Positions 37,776-51,736 of a DNA stretch of 64,000 bases are shown piece by piece. Location of the stretch: NCBI RefSeq assembly GCF_006345805.1, contig NC_043007.1, positions 76,880,001-76,944,000 of the forward strand. Reading direction: 5' to 3'. The notes under the pieces were generated by a model. That model was not told where the DNA came from. It saw only the letters and a list, made by a program, of their open reading frames with translations, and made no database searches. This DNA comes from Octopus sinensis. Taxonomy: Eukaryota. How positions within the stretch are numbered: the stretch's first letter is position 1; every line of letters begins with the position of its first letter. The position numbers and the translations under genes were made by a program.

Positions 37776-39326
37776 GTGAGTGTTTTCTAGTCTCTGTTGT
37801 TACTTTTTACCAAAGATCGAAGATGGTTCTATCTTTTATCTTTAACTTGTTTCAGTCATTAGATTGCGGCCATGCTGGGGCACCGCTTTAAAAGTTTTTA
37901 GTCGAATGAATCGACCCTAGTACTTACTTGTTTCCGAAAGCGAGCTACTTATCAGCCTCTTTTGTTGAAACGTTAATTTACCGAGATGTAAACACACCAA
38001 CACCGGTTGTCAAGCAGTGGTGGAGGGGGGGGACACTCACACAAACACACACACACACACACACACATACAAACACAAACACACACACGACGGATTTTTT
38101 TCAGTTTCCATCTACCAAATCCACTTTGATCGGCCCGAGCTGTAGTAGAAGACACTTTCCCAAGGTGCCACGCAATGGGACTCAGCCCGGAATCATGAGG
38201 CTGGAAAGCAAGCTTTTACCATACAACCACACCAGCGCCATCAGCAGAACATAATACAAAACATTTGGATTTTTTCTTCAAAATTTCGCCCACAAGTCAT
38301 ACACTCATGTTCATACACGCGCAGACTCCAGAAAAGTCAAATCTTACCCCAGTCTCACTCTACTCTCTTAAAGAAAGGATAATTTGTTTCAGTGTCTTAA
38401 AAAAAATAGCATGGATGGTCACAATTGGAATGCTTTTGATCATAGGTCTTTGGACCAGCTGCCGACTTGTGTTTCAGCAACACCAATGGCAACAAGAAGC
38501 GTGCAACAATACAATGGATACTGGAGCGAGTACAACATGTCTTGGCTGTTGCACTGCAGTTTTATATAACTGTATTGCATGGTGGGATGAGCAGTATGGT
38601 GATCTCTTGCTTGAATGTGACTTGCTATGATTAAAAATAGAGATCTCTGGGGTCGGGCTACGGTCGTTCGAGCGACAAGCTATGTGCCATATGACTTCTC
38701 GATCAAGGTTGAACTGGGACAACTACAACAACAACAACAAGTGATATACAAGTACAAACTGGACAGTGAAGTGCACTCCACAGGATTCCTCATTAAACAT
38801 CAAAGTACAGAGTATGGGAGTGAGAGGGGGTCTTCAGAACACCACCATCACCACCGTCGCTAACAACAACAACACAACAACAACAACAGCAACAACAACA
38901 ACAACGACAACAGCAACAACAACAACAGTAACAACAACAACAATATCGCGAGGATTGAGAAAGAATTCCGTCAAACAGGAAAGTAACAAGGTTGGAGTTA
39001 AAAGGAAAGGAAAAATAAACACTGAAAATTGAAGATATGGTCATATGGTCAAGGAAGAAGAGGAATGAAAGAGATGGGAATTGACATTGAAAGGCATCCT
39101 GGGTAAAATGTTCTGCGGATGAAGGTAAAAAAACAGTTTTGCTATTTCTATGTTGTTATACTGTAACATCTGTTCGGTTGCTTCTTATGACAGGCAAACC
39201 ACCATGACGGACACAACCTACTATATCGCCCTGAAATGTGGAGGGGACAACGCACTAGATATTTTTTTGTCAGCTCGCCATTACACACACACACAGAAGT
39301 GTGTATGTGTGTGTGTGTGTGTGTGT

Positions 39327-39357
<31 letters not shown>

Positions 39358-39446
39358 TGAGAGAGTGAAGAGAGAGAGAGAGGGGGAAAGGGGAGAGAGA
39401 GAAATTAAAAGGGAGAGAGAGAGAGAGAGAGAGAGAGGGGGAAAGG

Positions 39447-39496
<50 letters not shown>

Positions 39497-39710
39497 AGAG
39501 AGAGAGAGAGGGGGGAAGGGGGAGAGAGAGAAATTAAAAGGGAGAGAGAGAGAAAGTGAAAGGGAGAGAGAGACAGAGAGAGACAGAGAAAGAAAAGGGA
39601 AAGGGGGAGAGAGAGAGAGAAATTAAAAGGGGGAGAGAGTGAGAGAGAGAGAGAGAGAAAAGAGACAGAGAGAGAAAGAGAAAGTAAAAGAGAGAGGGAG
39701 AGAGAGACTC
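39327..39710. repeat. (GA)n-rich compound microsatellite
   Basis: Directly visible, with a repeated gagagaaattaaaaggg subunit. Confidence 0.9.
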
Positions 39711-42700
39711 TCGCATACAACGACTGACACGAATTTGTTAAAATTTCTTGGAGGCGATGAATGGAGAAAAATGTCATAGTTTAGGGGGAATTAACACATG
39801 GTTGATAGTATTATAGATATTTATGATAAAGTAACCGGTGTGAATATGTATGTATACTTACATGGAAATTGTTTGATTAATTAATTAATTTGTGCAATCA
39901 AGTGTTTATTAATATTAATGTTTAGTTAACGCTGTGAGACTTGTTGCTATCTCTTGTATTATATATTATAGTCTTCCTGGGGTGTAACAGCAATTTTTTG
40001 CATAAAGGAAACAAATTTTAGTTGAGCAATGCAGACGGACGGACCTCAAACCTTGCTATCTATAGGTCGTGTCCTAGGTAAGACTTTAAACTGCATCCGG
40101 TTGTGGGCCTTGGTACGGGAGTTACTGGGTTTGGAGGAGTGTGGAGCCACCTCTTAGCCGCTATTTTTCCCAGGTCTACTCTGACCCAGAGTCGTAGCAC
40201 CTGTTAGTGCCTCTGCTATGGGTTAACTAGCATGTATATCAACCGCTTCAAACCCGGGCTACGTCTGACCGATAATCAACAGTGACTTGGTCAGCGAATC
40301 CCTTGCGATGGTCGAAAATCGACAGCAAGATGAGCTGCTATGGACCACACTATACCAAAGTGTGTGTGCATGTAACCAGGGGCCACATGTGAACTTGTAC
40401 TGGCTCTAAAACTTCGAACGTGAACTCTATAGCTTACAATAAATGACAACTACGATTACGGCGTCCGCGCTTTCCCCCGCATTTGCTCTCTCGGTGGGGC
40501 ATTCGTCGAATTTGCAAGATGGATGATTAGGTCGCAGGCAGGAGCATTCCTTTGCCTGCTGGAATGTTAGGGCCGACCGTCGGATATGGTCAGCATTTGT
40601 GAAGGACATGGTGAACTCGTTGGTCGGAGCCATCTCATTCCACTCCGGGGTGTATGTCGCTGCACAAACAAACAACTACAAGTAATATATTGAGGGTTAG
40701 TGAAGGGTAAGTGCGACGGTGTTCTAAGGAAGTTACTGGGAGTCGACGGAGACCAACTGAACAGCCTATTTCGGAGCACTTTCACATCGAGAATTATGAA
40801 CAATTTCCAGTAATCACTGACTTGGCAGTGCTATTAGGACATATTGATGGTTCGGAAGAAATTCAATAGGGTTGGTAACGTCATCAGCTGGGCTGGTCAG
40901 AAAGGCGTGCAGGGAGACATTACAATTTTACATGCAATGGGTCTGTGTCCCAACATTGGTGAGTTACGGAGGTATGTTGAACAAATGTCGCCGGTTATCA
41001 ACCCAGGCCCTGGTAACGATTGCTCCACCTCTTTCGGTCTAAAAGAACAGGCATTTTACTTCTGTCTGGTCACCATGGCGAAAGAGATTCCACAGTAAAG
41101 ATAAAAAAGATTGAAGAGAGACAGTTCCCTATTCAACGAAGCCATCATCAGGAATTGAGTTGCTGCTCTTAAGTTAATTTGCTGAAAGGTGAGAATGACG
41201 GGACTTACGCTCAGTATGCGCCTATAGACCAGAGAACAAAGCAGGGTGAATATCGGTATATTCCTGTATTTGCAAAGATTTTTTGAAAATAAACTTTTAG
41301 TGGTTGCCTCCCCACTACTGGGCATCTGTTCTTTTATATACTTTTACTTTCCTTGTCTATTTTTTTTTATCATAATCGATACTTTTTTTGTAATTTGTCC
41401 TTGTAATTCTCGCTTTATCGCCTTTGTATCATATAAACGAAATCATCATTATTGTTGTTGTTGTCAAAGGATAAATAAAAGAAGTAAGGTGGTAAGTTGG
41501 CAGAATTGTTGGGTAACTGACAAAATGTTTTGTAGCCTAATTGAGTCACATCTGTTATATTTTTAGAGTTGCTAAAATCAAATGAAGTACTGAGACCGAA
41601 TTCGAACCACAAAATATGCAGGTCTTTTGTACACAATTTAAACAAGAGGCAAAAGAGAGAACTGTCTGAAATAGTAACTATATATTCTTGAAATCATACA
41701 TTAGTATCCGATATAATGGTTAATAAATACTTAAATCTAGGACCCACGACAGGGTCTAGTCCTTGTTGTGATGTGGTGTAGCGGCTCGTGTGCCTTAATG
41801 ACGCACAGAGTTAAACTAGCAGAGTGCAAGTTCCTGATAGGATCTCCCATATTGGATATCTCAAAGGAAAGCGGCCACGTTAATACGGATCACCTCTTCT
41901 CAGAGGTAAAAATGGGTTTGTTTAGAGCCAACACTCCTACCTAGAAAAAAGGGAAGTTACAGAAGCAGCTATGGCAATTCAAAGTCAAAAGCCTGGGAAA
42001 TGAAGGCATGCCCTCAGAGAAACATATGGTGACACCCGCCTATTGTGAAGGAGCGGCCTAATAGCCCAAAGGCGAGAACACTGTAGGAAAGTCAACGATA
42101 GACTATGCGCTATTGCGAGCGAAAGGTTTAAGTATGTAAATGCAAGGCATTTCTTACAAAAAGAAAAGATGGGATGGTGATAGCTTGTGTATTTTTGGTC
42201 ATATGTCTGTACAATCAAGATTGACCTGGAGCAGAACAACAAACAACACTTGACAAAATAACGATTTTAAATTTTGGCACAACGTCAGCAATTTCGGGGA
42301 GAGGTAAGTCAATAACATCACCTCCCGGGATTCAACTGTTACTTATTTTATCGACGCCGAAAGGATGAAAGTCAAAGTCGACCTCGGCGGAATTTGAACC
42401 CAGGACGTAAAGACGGACGAAATGGTGCTAAGAATTTTGTTTGGCGTGCTAACGGCTCTGTCAGCTCGCTGCCTTAACATGGGACAAACTATTGGTTTCA
42501 AATTTTGGCACAACGCCAGCAATTTCGAGGAGGGGTAAGTCAATTACATTGACCCATGTGTTCAACTGATACTTATTTTATCGCCTCTGAAAGGATAAAA
42601 GTCAAAGTAGACCTCTGCAGAATTTGAAACCAGAATGCAGAGACGGACGAAATGCTGCTATGCATTTTGCTCGGCGTGCTAACGATTCTGCCAGCTCACT

Positions 42701-43157
42701 GCCTTAACAAGTGATATATTTCTCAAATTAAGGCGTCGAGCTGGCAGAAACGTTAGCACGCCGGGCAAAATGTGTGGCCGTATTTCGTCTGCCGTTACGT
42801 TCTGAGTTCAAATTCCGCCGAGGTCGACTTAAATAAGTACCAGTTACGCACTAGGGGTCGATATAATCGACTTAATCCGTTTGTCTGTCCTTGTTTGTCC
42901 TCTCTGTGTTTAGCCCCTTGTTGGTAGTAAAGAAATAGGTATTTCGTCTGATGCTACGTTCTGAGTTCAAATTCCGCCGAGGCCGACTTTGCCTTTCATC
43001 TTTTCGGGGTCGATTAGATAAGTACTAGTTACGCATTGGGGTCGATATAATCGACTTAATCCGTTTGTCTGTCCTTGTTTGTCCCCTCTATGTTTAGCCT
43101 CTTGTGGGCAGTAAAGAAATAAATATTTCTCAAATAAATCTTTTCTTCATTTAACAG

Positions 43158-43291
43158 GCAGAGGAAATCCAAACGTACTGAATAAAGTGCAAGTTCGAAT
43201 TACAGGTTTCCTCGAATGTCAACACAAATGGAGTGCTTATGTGCATAAAAGCCATATATGTGTTGGTGATGGCCATGTTGGTCCATGTCGG
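43158..43291 (+). CDS. Protease B exon 5: RGNPNVLNKVQVRITGFLECQHKWSAYVHKSHICVGDGHVGPCR
   Basis: ttaacag|GC acceptor, CGG|gtaagt donor, 134 nt, phase 1-0. Confidence 0.92.
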
Positions 43292-43464
43292 GTAAGTTTT
43301 TCGTTTTTTCCCCTTTTTTAATGTCTATTTCGACATTTTCCATCCACAACCGTTACTGCTTTACTCTTCCTCTTCCCTCTATATTCCCTCTCTCTCTCAC
43401 ATAATAAGTGTCTCTTTACACTTTGGCATTGAAATATAAATCAGCAAAGAAGATTGATCAACAC

Positions 43465-46340
43465 TGTAAATTATGACACGACACAGGACGCAGCCATTAC
43501 TATGTGTGTTTATTTCGTCAGACATACAAACTCGTGACGGTACACTTTGTGTGCACATCTTAACGTAAAGTCACTCTCATTACATTTCCCTTCTTTGCAA
43601 ACATGGCAAGAGGTATAATTGTAGTCAATATACTCACAAGGTTTAAGTTCTGGAAATATTTGGAACTTCAGTTATATATTCATTATCATTCTGAAAAAGC
43701 AACTTTCTTCAAAGTCTATGAATATATCTTTAAATTTAACTGTACATAAATGAATATTTTTTGCATTAAGAATAATCTCTTTAACTTCTTCAAACATGGA
43801 AAGTATAATGAAATATGTTTTCTAGCAATTTACACAGTTCAACTTGTTATCATTACGGCATGTTGATTTTTCATCCGGATCTTGTAGCTCGATGACAGAT
43901 AGTGTCTGTAGTTTCAGATTCATCTGTTTCACAGTTCATAGTCTCTTCACATTCTCGATTTGGCTGAGTTGTTGAATTCTCAGCAGCTACCGCTGATGAC
44001 GGTGATTTCATCGATACTGTCTTCCATCTGATATCGTTATGTTGTAGGATCTTGGTGCCTCATCAACTGATTTGACTTGACAACTCCATACTTCCATGAC
44101 TGGTTTTCTTGAATCTTGACTTGTTGTCTAGGAATCAAGGGAAGTAACTTTCAACTACCTCTGTTGTAGGCATACTTTTATTGTTCTTGACGTGCTTTCA
44201 GCTCTGTTTCTGGTCTTGTACCTGAGGTTTCAGCAAGGCGTTGGACACAAGTAAGCGAATCTTTCGGTGCCTGGTCTTTAGCATTTCAGCTGGTGGTATT
44301 TCTGTACTCAAGTAGAGCTAAGTAGACATCTCGGCCACTAGCTTCTGTTTTCTTGGGCAGATTTTTTACTGTCTGAACTGTACGCTCAGCTTGCCCATGT
44401 TATTGTGGGTATGCCGGACTTGATGTTGTATGTTTGAAGTTCCATTCAAGACCAAAGTTACAGAACTCGTAAACTACGGTCCGTTACCTGTCATGAGCTC
44501 ATCTGGGACACCGTGTCTGGCAAAGACAGATTTCAATGCTATGATTGTCATTTTACTTGATAAGTCAGACAATTTCAGGGTACTTTGAGAAATAGTCCAC
44601 ACGCACTAGGTGGTCATTATTCTTGTACACAAACAAATCGACTCTAACTTTGGCCCACGGTCGATCAGGAATTTCTTGGTTCTGCAACGGTTGTTTCGGA
44701 TTACTCTTTCTGTTCTCGTTTCACACAGAACATCTTAATACAAATTCTTCAATTTGTATAGTCATTCCTAGCCAGAAGATAACATCTTTGACTCTGAGTA
44801 TGCCCTTTGTCACTTTGAAATGAGCATCATGAACTCTGTTCTACATTTCTGTTTGTAGTGTTGCAGGAATTACAACTTTGTCAGCTTTGAAGATGAGGTC
44901 ATCAACAACAGTCTGTTCATCTAGAATATTCCAGTAGTCTCTCGCACTTGCTGGAACATCATTTCTGTTATCTGGCACAGAATCACTGATTTCAGCTGAG
45001 TGTTGTGAACTCGCTGTACCAACTTCAGTTTCTCACAGGTTTTTCTTCCCAGTATACTTGGGCGGTTTTCCTCCACAATTTGGAAAAGTACTTCATTCGA
45101 AGTGCCACTGATATCACTTAATACTGATAGTTCTATCTGTCCCAGCGAGTATCACTTTTCTACAAAGTATGACACAAGTTTCACTTTTGATTTTGACAAT
45201 TCATTTTTCTTCAAATTCAAACTATCGAACATTGATTTAGAAATAATATTGCCCTGTGTACCTGTATCTAGTTTGACTTACACTGGTTTCTTGTTGATTT
45301 ATAGAATCTCATACCAGTCTTCATCATCTTCATCGGTGGTCATATGTCCAATGAATAATTCTTCAAATTCTTCAGTTTCTTCAGAATTGTCAACAGTGTG
45401 AACATTTTTCTTTTCTCTCTCTAGTGTCTTGTCTGTCATGCCTAGATGGTGTTCTAGTTTTACACATGCTGGCAAAATGATGTTTATCACTTTTTACTGA
45501 TGTCGCAAACTTTTCCTGCAGCTGGACACTTGTCTTTAGCATGTTTGTAACCACACTGTTTACACAGAGGGTATTCTTTTGTTATATCTTGAGGTTCATA
45601 CTTTCATCTTGGACCCTATTGACAATCATGGCATTGATTTCTTTAGATCTGGTTGATTGCTCATCATTAAGAACTTTCAATTGTTGTGCACTGATTTCTG
45701 TACAGTTTTTTTTTTCAAATCAAGATCATTCTTTTCTCCATAACCACATTCTGGGATTGTTACTAATAATTCCACAAACAGTTCTGTCTTTAATGAGCCC
45801 ATCATTCAATGTCCCAAACTCACAAGTTCTAGATTTATTCTTTAAATCTGTCACATATTGATCAATTGTCTCACCTAGTTTCTGAGATCGTATGAAAAAT
45901 GCGTGTCTCTCTCAATCGTCAGAGGTTCACAGTATTCCTGAAACTTTTGCTTCACTTTGTCATAATTCTTGCTATCCATTTCCTCACTCCACTCAAAAGA
46001 GTTACGTACACTTGAACTGCAGCCTCTCCCGCCACGAGTAGTAAAATAACATACTTTACATTCTGTGATTTAGTTGCGATTCCGCTAGCCGTAAGGTAAA
46101 GTTCAAACCTTTGTGTCCACCGTTTCCAGTTCTCGGCTACATTGCTTTCGAGATTAAGCTCATTCGGGCTTCTTATCTGATCCATTCGGGCGATTATTCA
46201 GTCCCTCTTCTAACATCATGTTAAATTATGACACGACACAAGGCGCAGCTAAATACTATGTGTGTTTATTTCGTCAAACATACGAACTCTTGACGTCATA
46301 CTTTGTGTGCACACCTTAATGTAAAGCTACTCTCATTAAG
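43465..46340 (-). mobile_element. Old, internally deleted Gypsy element (gag, protease and integrase remnants; no RT or RNase H seen)
   Basis: ~120-bp diverged LTRs 43465-43584 and 46219-46340; TSD AACAC/AATAC; degenerate PBS TGATGTTAGAAG; PPT; WKRWTQRFELYL gag, DTGTQGNII protease, FARHGVPDELMTGNGP integrase. Confidence 0.85.
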
Positions 46341-46609
46341 AATACCACCACATATCTGATATTGATGGTCTTTGTTTCAGTCATTGGACTGCAGCCATGC
46401 TGGGGCACTGCCTTGAAAGATTTAGTCGAAAAAATTAACCCCATAAGTACTTGTGAAGTATGATACTCATTCTATCGGCCTCTCTTGCAGAACCCGTAAG
46501 TTATGGGGGCGTAAACAAACCAACACCGACCAAGTGCTGGTTGTGGGAGCAAACACAGACACATACACACACAATATATAAATATATATATATATACATA
46601 ATACATACA

Positions 46610-46645
<36 letters not shown>

Positions 46646-46869
46646 TATGTAATGTGTGTGTGTGTGTATGTGTGTATGTATGCATGTGTGTGTGGGATAT
46701 ATATATATACAGAACGGGTTTCCTCACAGTTTCCGTCTACCAAATTTACTCACAAGGCATTGGTCGACTGTAGAAGATTGAATCCAAAATAACATTATTG
46801 CAAACCGAGCTTATATATTTTTGTAATTAGTTTATCCATTTTATTAATATTTCGCTCTCTTTCTCATTT

Positions 46870-46946
<77 letters not shown>

Positions 46947-46949
<3 letters not shown>

Positions 46950-48002
46950 TAAGCTATCTCTTTACCTTTTATTTCTTAAATTCTTTCTAACACATCCCTT
47001 CACCCACCCACCCACGCTCACCCAGTACGTCTTGTTTGTATATTTCTCTCCCTCCATCTTTATAAAAGCTATTTTGTTTGTACCCAGTCAAGAAACACTG
47101 ATTTCATCGACTACATTCCATCCACCCCTACCAAATTCGTGAAATCATGTCTGTTAAATAATTTCTTCCTTTGTCTTTTTCAATCAACACTGATTTTCCA
47201 ATTCGTCTTTTTCCCATCATAACTTCTTTTTCTCTTCCCCTCTCTCTACTTCCTCTCTTTTCATTTCTATTATTATAAAAAGTAAAAAAAAAAAAAAGAA
47301 AAAGGAAAAAATTGCTGTCTGTCTTTTCATATTTGATATTGGAGCTGATGTCGCTTCAGTGTGTATACTGTTAATATTGACAAAAACTTTTTATATACCA
47401 ATATTTTATATTCAAAGAACGTAACTTTACACAAACACACACACACACACACACACACACAACACACACACACACACACACACACCACACCACACACACA
47501 CACACACACACACTAATAAGCTATCTCTTTACCTTTTATTTCTTAAATTCTTTCTAACACATCCCTTCACCCACCCACCCACGCTCACCCAGTACGTCTT
47601 GTTTGTATATTTCTCTCCCTCCATCTTTATAAAAGCTATTTTGTTTGTACCCAGTCAAGAAACACTGATTTCATCGACTACATTCCATCCACCCCTACCA
47701 AATTCGTGAAATCATGTCTGTTAAATAATTTCTTCCTTTGTCTTTTTCAATCAACACTGATTTTCCAATTCGTCTTTTTCCCATCATAACTTCTTTTTCT
47801 CTTCCCCTCTCTCTACTTCTTCTCTTTTCATTTCTATTATTTATAAAAAGTAAAAAAAAAAAAAAAGAAAAAGGAAAAAATTGCTGTCTGTCTTTTCATA
47901 TTTGATATTGGAGCTGATGTCGCTTCAGTGTTGTATACTGTTAATATTGACAAAAACTTTTTATATACCAAATATTTTATATTCAAAGAACGTAACTTTA
48001 CA

Positions 48003-48050
<48 letters not shown>
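46947..48050. repeat. 567-bp tandem duplication bounded by (CA)n tracts
   Basis: Units start at 46947 and 47514 (taataagctatctc...). Confidence 0.95.
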
Positions 48051-48051
<1 letters not shown>

Positions 48052-48446
48052 GTAAGCACTCCTCACATGACACAAAGAACACATACATTCATGCATACAC
48101 TCATACCCACACCCTGACACAAAGACGCATACACATACGCCCACTCACACACACGCGCGCACTGAAATAATGAAACGCATTCAATTTCCCCCTCTTTATT
48201 ATATATATCTAACAAAAATATTCTCTCATATAATAAATAGAGATAACTCTATTTTATCTATGTTGAAAGAATTTCCTTGTCGCACCAACGGCAGTGATCA
48301 AAAGACATTCCAACCATAAACATACTATCTTTTGTGAAATATGTCGAGAACTGTATTACGCAAAGTAGCCTTCCCTCCTCAGTAACTCTTCGCCATACTT
48401 GCCTGTTTGAGAGTTTATATAAACGTATGCGCATGTGTGCGGTTTC

Positions 48447-48528
<82 letters not shown>

Positions 48529-48621
48529 ATCCAAACAAGAAAACACAGAAAAAAACACAGCAACGCGAGGACGTGGAACAATTAAAGTATTATTTGACGC
48601 TCAGGAAAGAAGGGAAGGAGG

Positions 48622-48656
48622 GTTTAACGTTTCGAGCGGAGCTCTTCGTCGGAAAC
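48622..48656 (-). ncRNA. Minimal hammerhead-like motif with U4C core variant in a PLE-like end (~48530-48700)
   Basis: Minus strand GUUU-CCGACGA-A-GAGC-UCC-GCUC-GAAACGUU-AAAC; stems I and II fully paired. Confidence 0.5.
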
Positions 48657-49097
48657 AAAGGAGAAGGAAAGATCCCGAGAAGGGAAGACAGAGGAAAAAA
48701 ATAGTTTTTTTTTTTTCATTCTTTTACATGTTACAGTCAGATAACGGCCAAGCTGGGACACCCGCCTTGAGTTTTTAGTCGAACGTAGCTGGGGGAGGAT
48801 AGGGGGGTCCAGCCCAGGCGGTACCTTTAAAGGGGTGGCGCTTTTTATCCAGTTGTAGGCTATTGCTGTAGACAATATGCGTTTTTTTTGTGGGGTTTGG
48901 AGGGCGGCACACACTCTAGCTACGCTAGTGAATTGACCCCAGTACTTTCTTTTCTTAATCCTGGTACTCATTCTATCGATCTTTTGCCGAACCGCTATGT
49001 TATGGGGACGCAAACACACCTACACATATTGTCAAGCGGTAGGTGGGGGAACAAACAAAAGTACACACAAACACCCACATATACATACATACATACA

Positions 49098-49133
<36 letters not shown>

Positions 49134-49533
49134 TATATTATATATATATATATATATAATATATATCGCCTGAAGAAATGAATCCATGAAGATGATTTAC
49201 CCGGTGTTCACGGATACTGCTGTAATAATCCCAGGAAAACGGACTGTGATCTTAAGAGACGTGCGATTTGTGGAAACGTGCGTAGCGATGCATTAAATGT
49301 TTAAAAATTCCATCCAAGTATTATTGCTATTATTACTATATTTATCCTACAATATATCGGTACAGCTCGATGCACCTCGAAAAACTGATTCGCCATTCAG
49401 CATAATTACATTGAATAATAGAATAATGTTAGCCTTCTCTATCAGGACTTCTTGTGAATAAACAACATCAATAATAACAATATCACCATCATCAGCAACA
49501 ATAATCTTATTGAAATTGTGTTTTATTTTGAAG

Positions 49534-49698
49534 GGTGACTCTGGTGGACCGCTGGTATGTTTGAAACGTGGCAGATTTCTATTGGCTGGCGTAGCATCTT
49601 TTAGTAATGAACTATGTGGCGTTCCTGGCTTTCCGGCAGTTTATACCAAAGTCTCCGAATTTCTGGAATGGATCAATTATGTCTCCATGAATGCCTAA
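49534..49698 (+). CDS. Protease B exon 6: GDSGGPLVC...GVASFSNELCGVPGFPAVYTKVSEFLEWINYVSMNA* (Ser195)
   Basis: ttttgaag|GGT phase-0 acceptor; stop at 49698; AATAAA at ~49747. Confidence 0.95.
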   Translation, partial: GDSGGPLVCLKRGRFLLAGVASFSNELCGVPGFPAVYTKVSEFLEWINYVSMNA

Positions 49699-49954
49699 TT
49701 CAGGACATTATTTTGTTTTTTATATATATATGTATGTATAAACGGAAATAAAAATCTTAAATTTCAAATAAAATAAGAATTCCAATTTCTTTTTATAAAA
49801 GAGTCAACTCGATTTTCCCTCCTTTTCGGTTTAAGAACACATAAATGTTTTTTAAATATAAATAAAAAAGCTCACAGAAAACATCATTCGAAAATCTCAT
49901 CCTGCACATGAACAACATACCAGTGTTCATAGATATATACCAGTGTTCATATAT

Positions 49955-50128
49955 ACACTACGTATATGGGAAATTCTGTTTGTGGGTATGTTTGCGGAGT
50001 TGTTAAATAACATCATTTTATCGATTTTTATGAAACTTGACACGTGAGTAGAACTCATGTCTGAAAACCTCATGGTATACTCAGATTGTTGAAAAAAATT
50101 CAATAACAGGGCCCCTGGAAGGGATCCT

Positions 50129-50177
<49 letters not shown>

Positions 50178-50826
50178 ATATTATTTCATTTTAAAAACCA
50201 AGGGAATAACTCATTCATTTTTCCTAAATTATTTGGTAAAAATGAAATTGAGTATGTTTATTTCTTAGCATTTGAACTGTTAGAGTTATTTTCACAATTT
50301 TTCCCTTATACAAGTAAATAGTATTTTCCTAAACAGTAGATCCACTTATTTCGGTTAGTGACTTATTCGCGAATATACCAATACTAGCGCCCCTGAGGGT
50401 AATATTCTCTGGGAACGCACAAAAGCCCTTTTCAGAGTTATTTACTTTGAATTATTATTATCTCGTATCTGATTAGGCTGTTATTACGTAACATGCTTCA
50501 CGATTTTAGTACATATACCTTATTAGTATTTCCTCCTATGTTCGATATACTCTGGGAACGCATTAAAGCCCTTTTCAAGGCTACTTTATTTAAATTCTTA
50601 CTATCGGGTAACTAATTTCATGTTATTACATAACTGACTTCACAATTTAGGTATTCATAACTAATTGTGAATTCCTAAAGACAAGATCCTGTGTAAGACA
50701 GTTTGTTATTCTCTGTAAATGCACAAAAAGCCGTTTTAAGGGCTACATAATTTGTATTGTCACTTTTGGATTAGCGAAACAATTATGAGAACGGAACTAG
50801 GTGACGTACCGGGCATGTCAGCTAGT
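49955..50826 (+). mobile_element. Probable Helentron-associated non-autonomous element with internal subrepeats
   Basis: HINE-like 5' part (tttgtgggtatgtttgcggag...cgatttttatgaaacttg) and 3' end (gacgtaccgggcatgtcagctagt); three ctctg...cgca...aagcc.tttt subrepeats. Confidence 0.45.
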
Positions 50827-51225
50827 ATATGTGTATATATATACATATAATAGGCGCAGGAGTGGCTCTGTAGTAAAAGGCATGCTTCCGGGTTCAGTCC
50901 CACAGCGTAGCACCTTAGGCGAGTGTCTCCTACTATTGGCACGAACCGACCAAAGTCTTGTAAGTGGATTTGGTAGACGGAAACTGAAAGAATCCCGTCG
51001 TGTACGTTTGTGTGTGTATTTGTGTGTCTATGTGTGTCCCCCCAACATCTCTTGACAACCGATGTTGGTGTGTTTTTGTCCCCGTAACTTAGCGATGTCG
51101 GCAAAAGAGACCGATAGAATAAATACTAGGCTTACAAAGAATAAGTCCTGGGTCGAATTGTTCGACTAAAGAACGTGCTCCTGCATGGCCGCAGTCAAAT
51201 GACTGAAACAAGTAAAAGAATAAAA

Positions 51226-51262
<37 letters not shown>

Positions 51263-51702
51263 CATATAATGTAAAATGATGTGCCTTGCCCAAAAGCACA
51301 ACATGCGGCCCAGGAATCGAACCTATGAATTTAATATTGTATGTATTACAGCAAAACCAATAGGCCATGTGCTTACAGATACACACATGTATGTATGTAT
51401 GTATGTATGTATGTATGTATGTATGTATGTATGTATGTATGTATGTATGTATGTATGTATGTATGTATGTATGTATGTGTGTATGTATGTATGTATGTAT
51501 GTATGTATGTATCTATCTATCTATGCATATACACGCACACATTCATATATTACGTATGTGTATATATGTATAAATATGTAAAGGTGCTTATATGTATTAA
51601 TTTATATACACACAAATACATATGAATGTATGCGTGCATGGATGTGTGTGTATGTGTGCATATACATGTACACACACATACATACATACATACATACATA
51701 CA

Positions 51703-51736
<34 letters not shown>

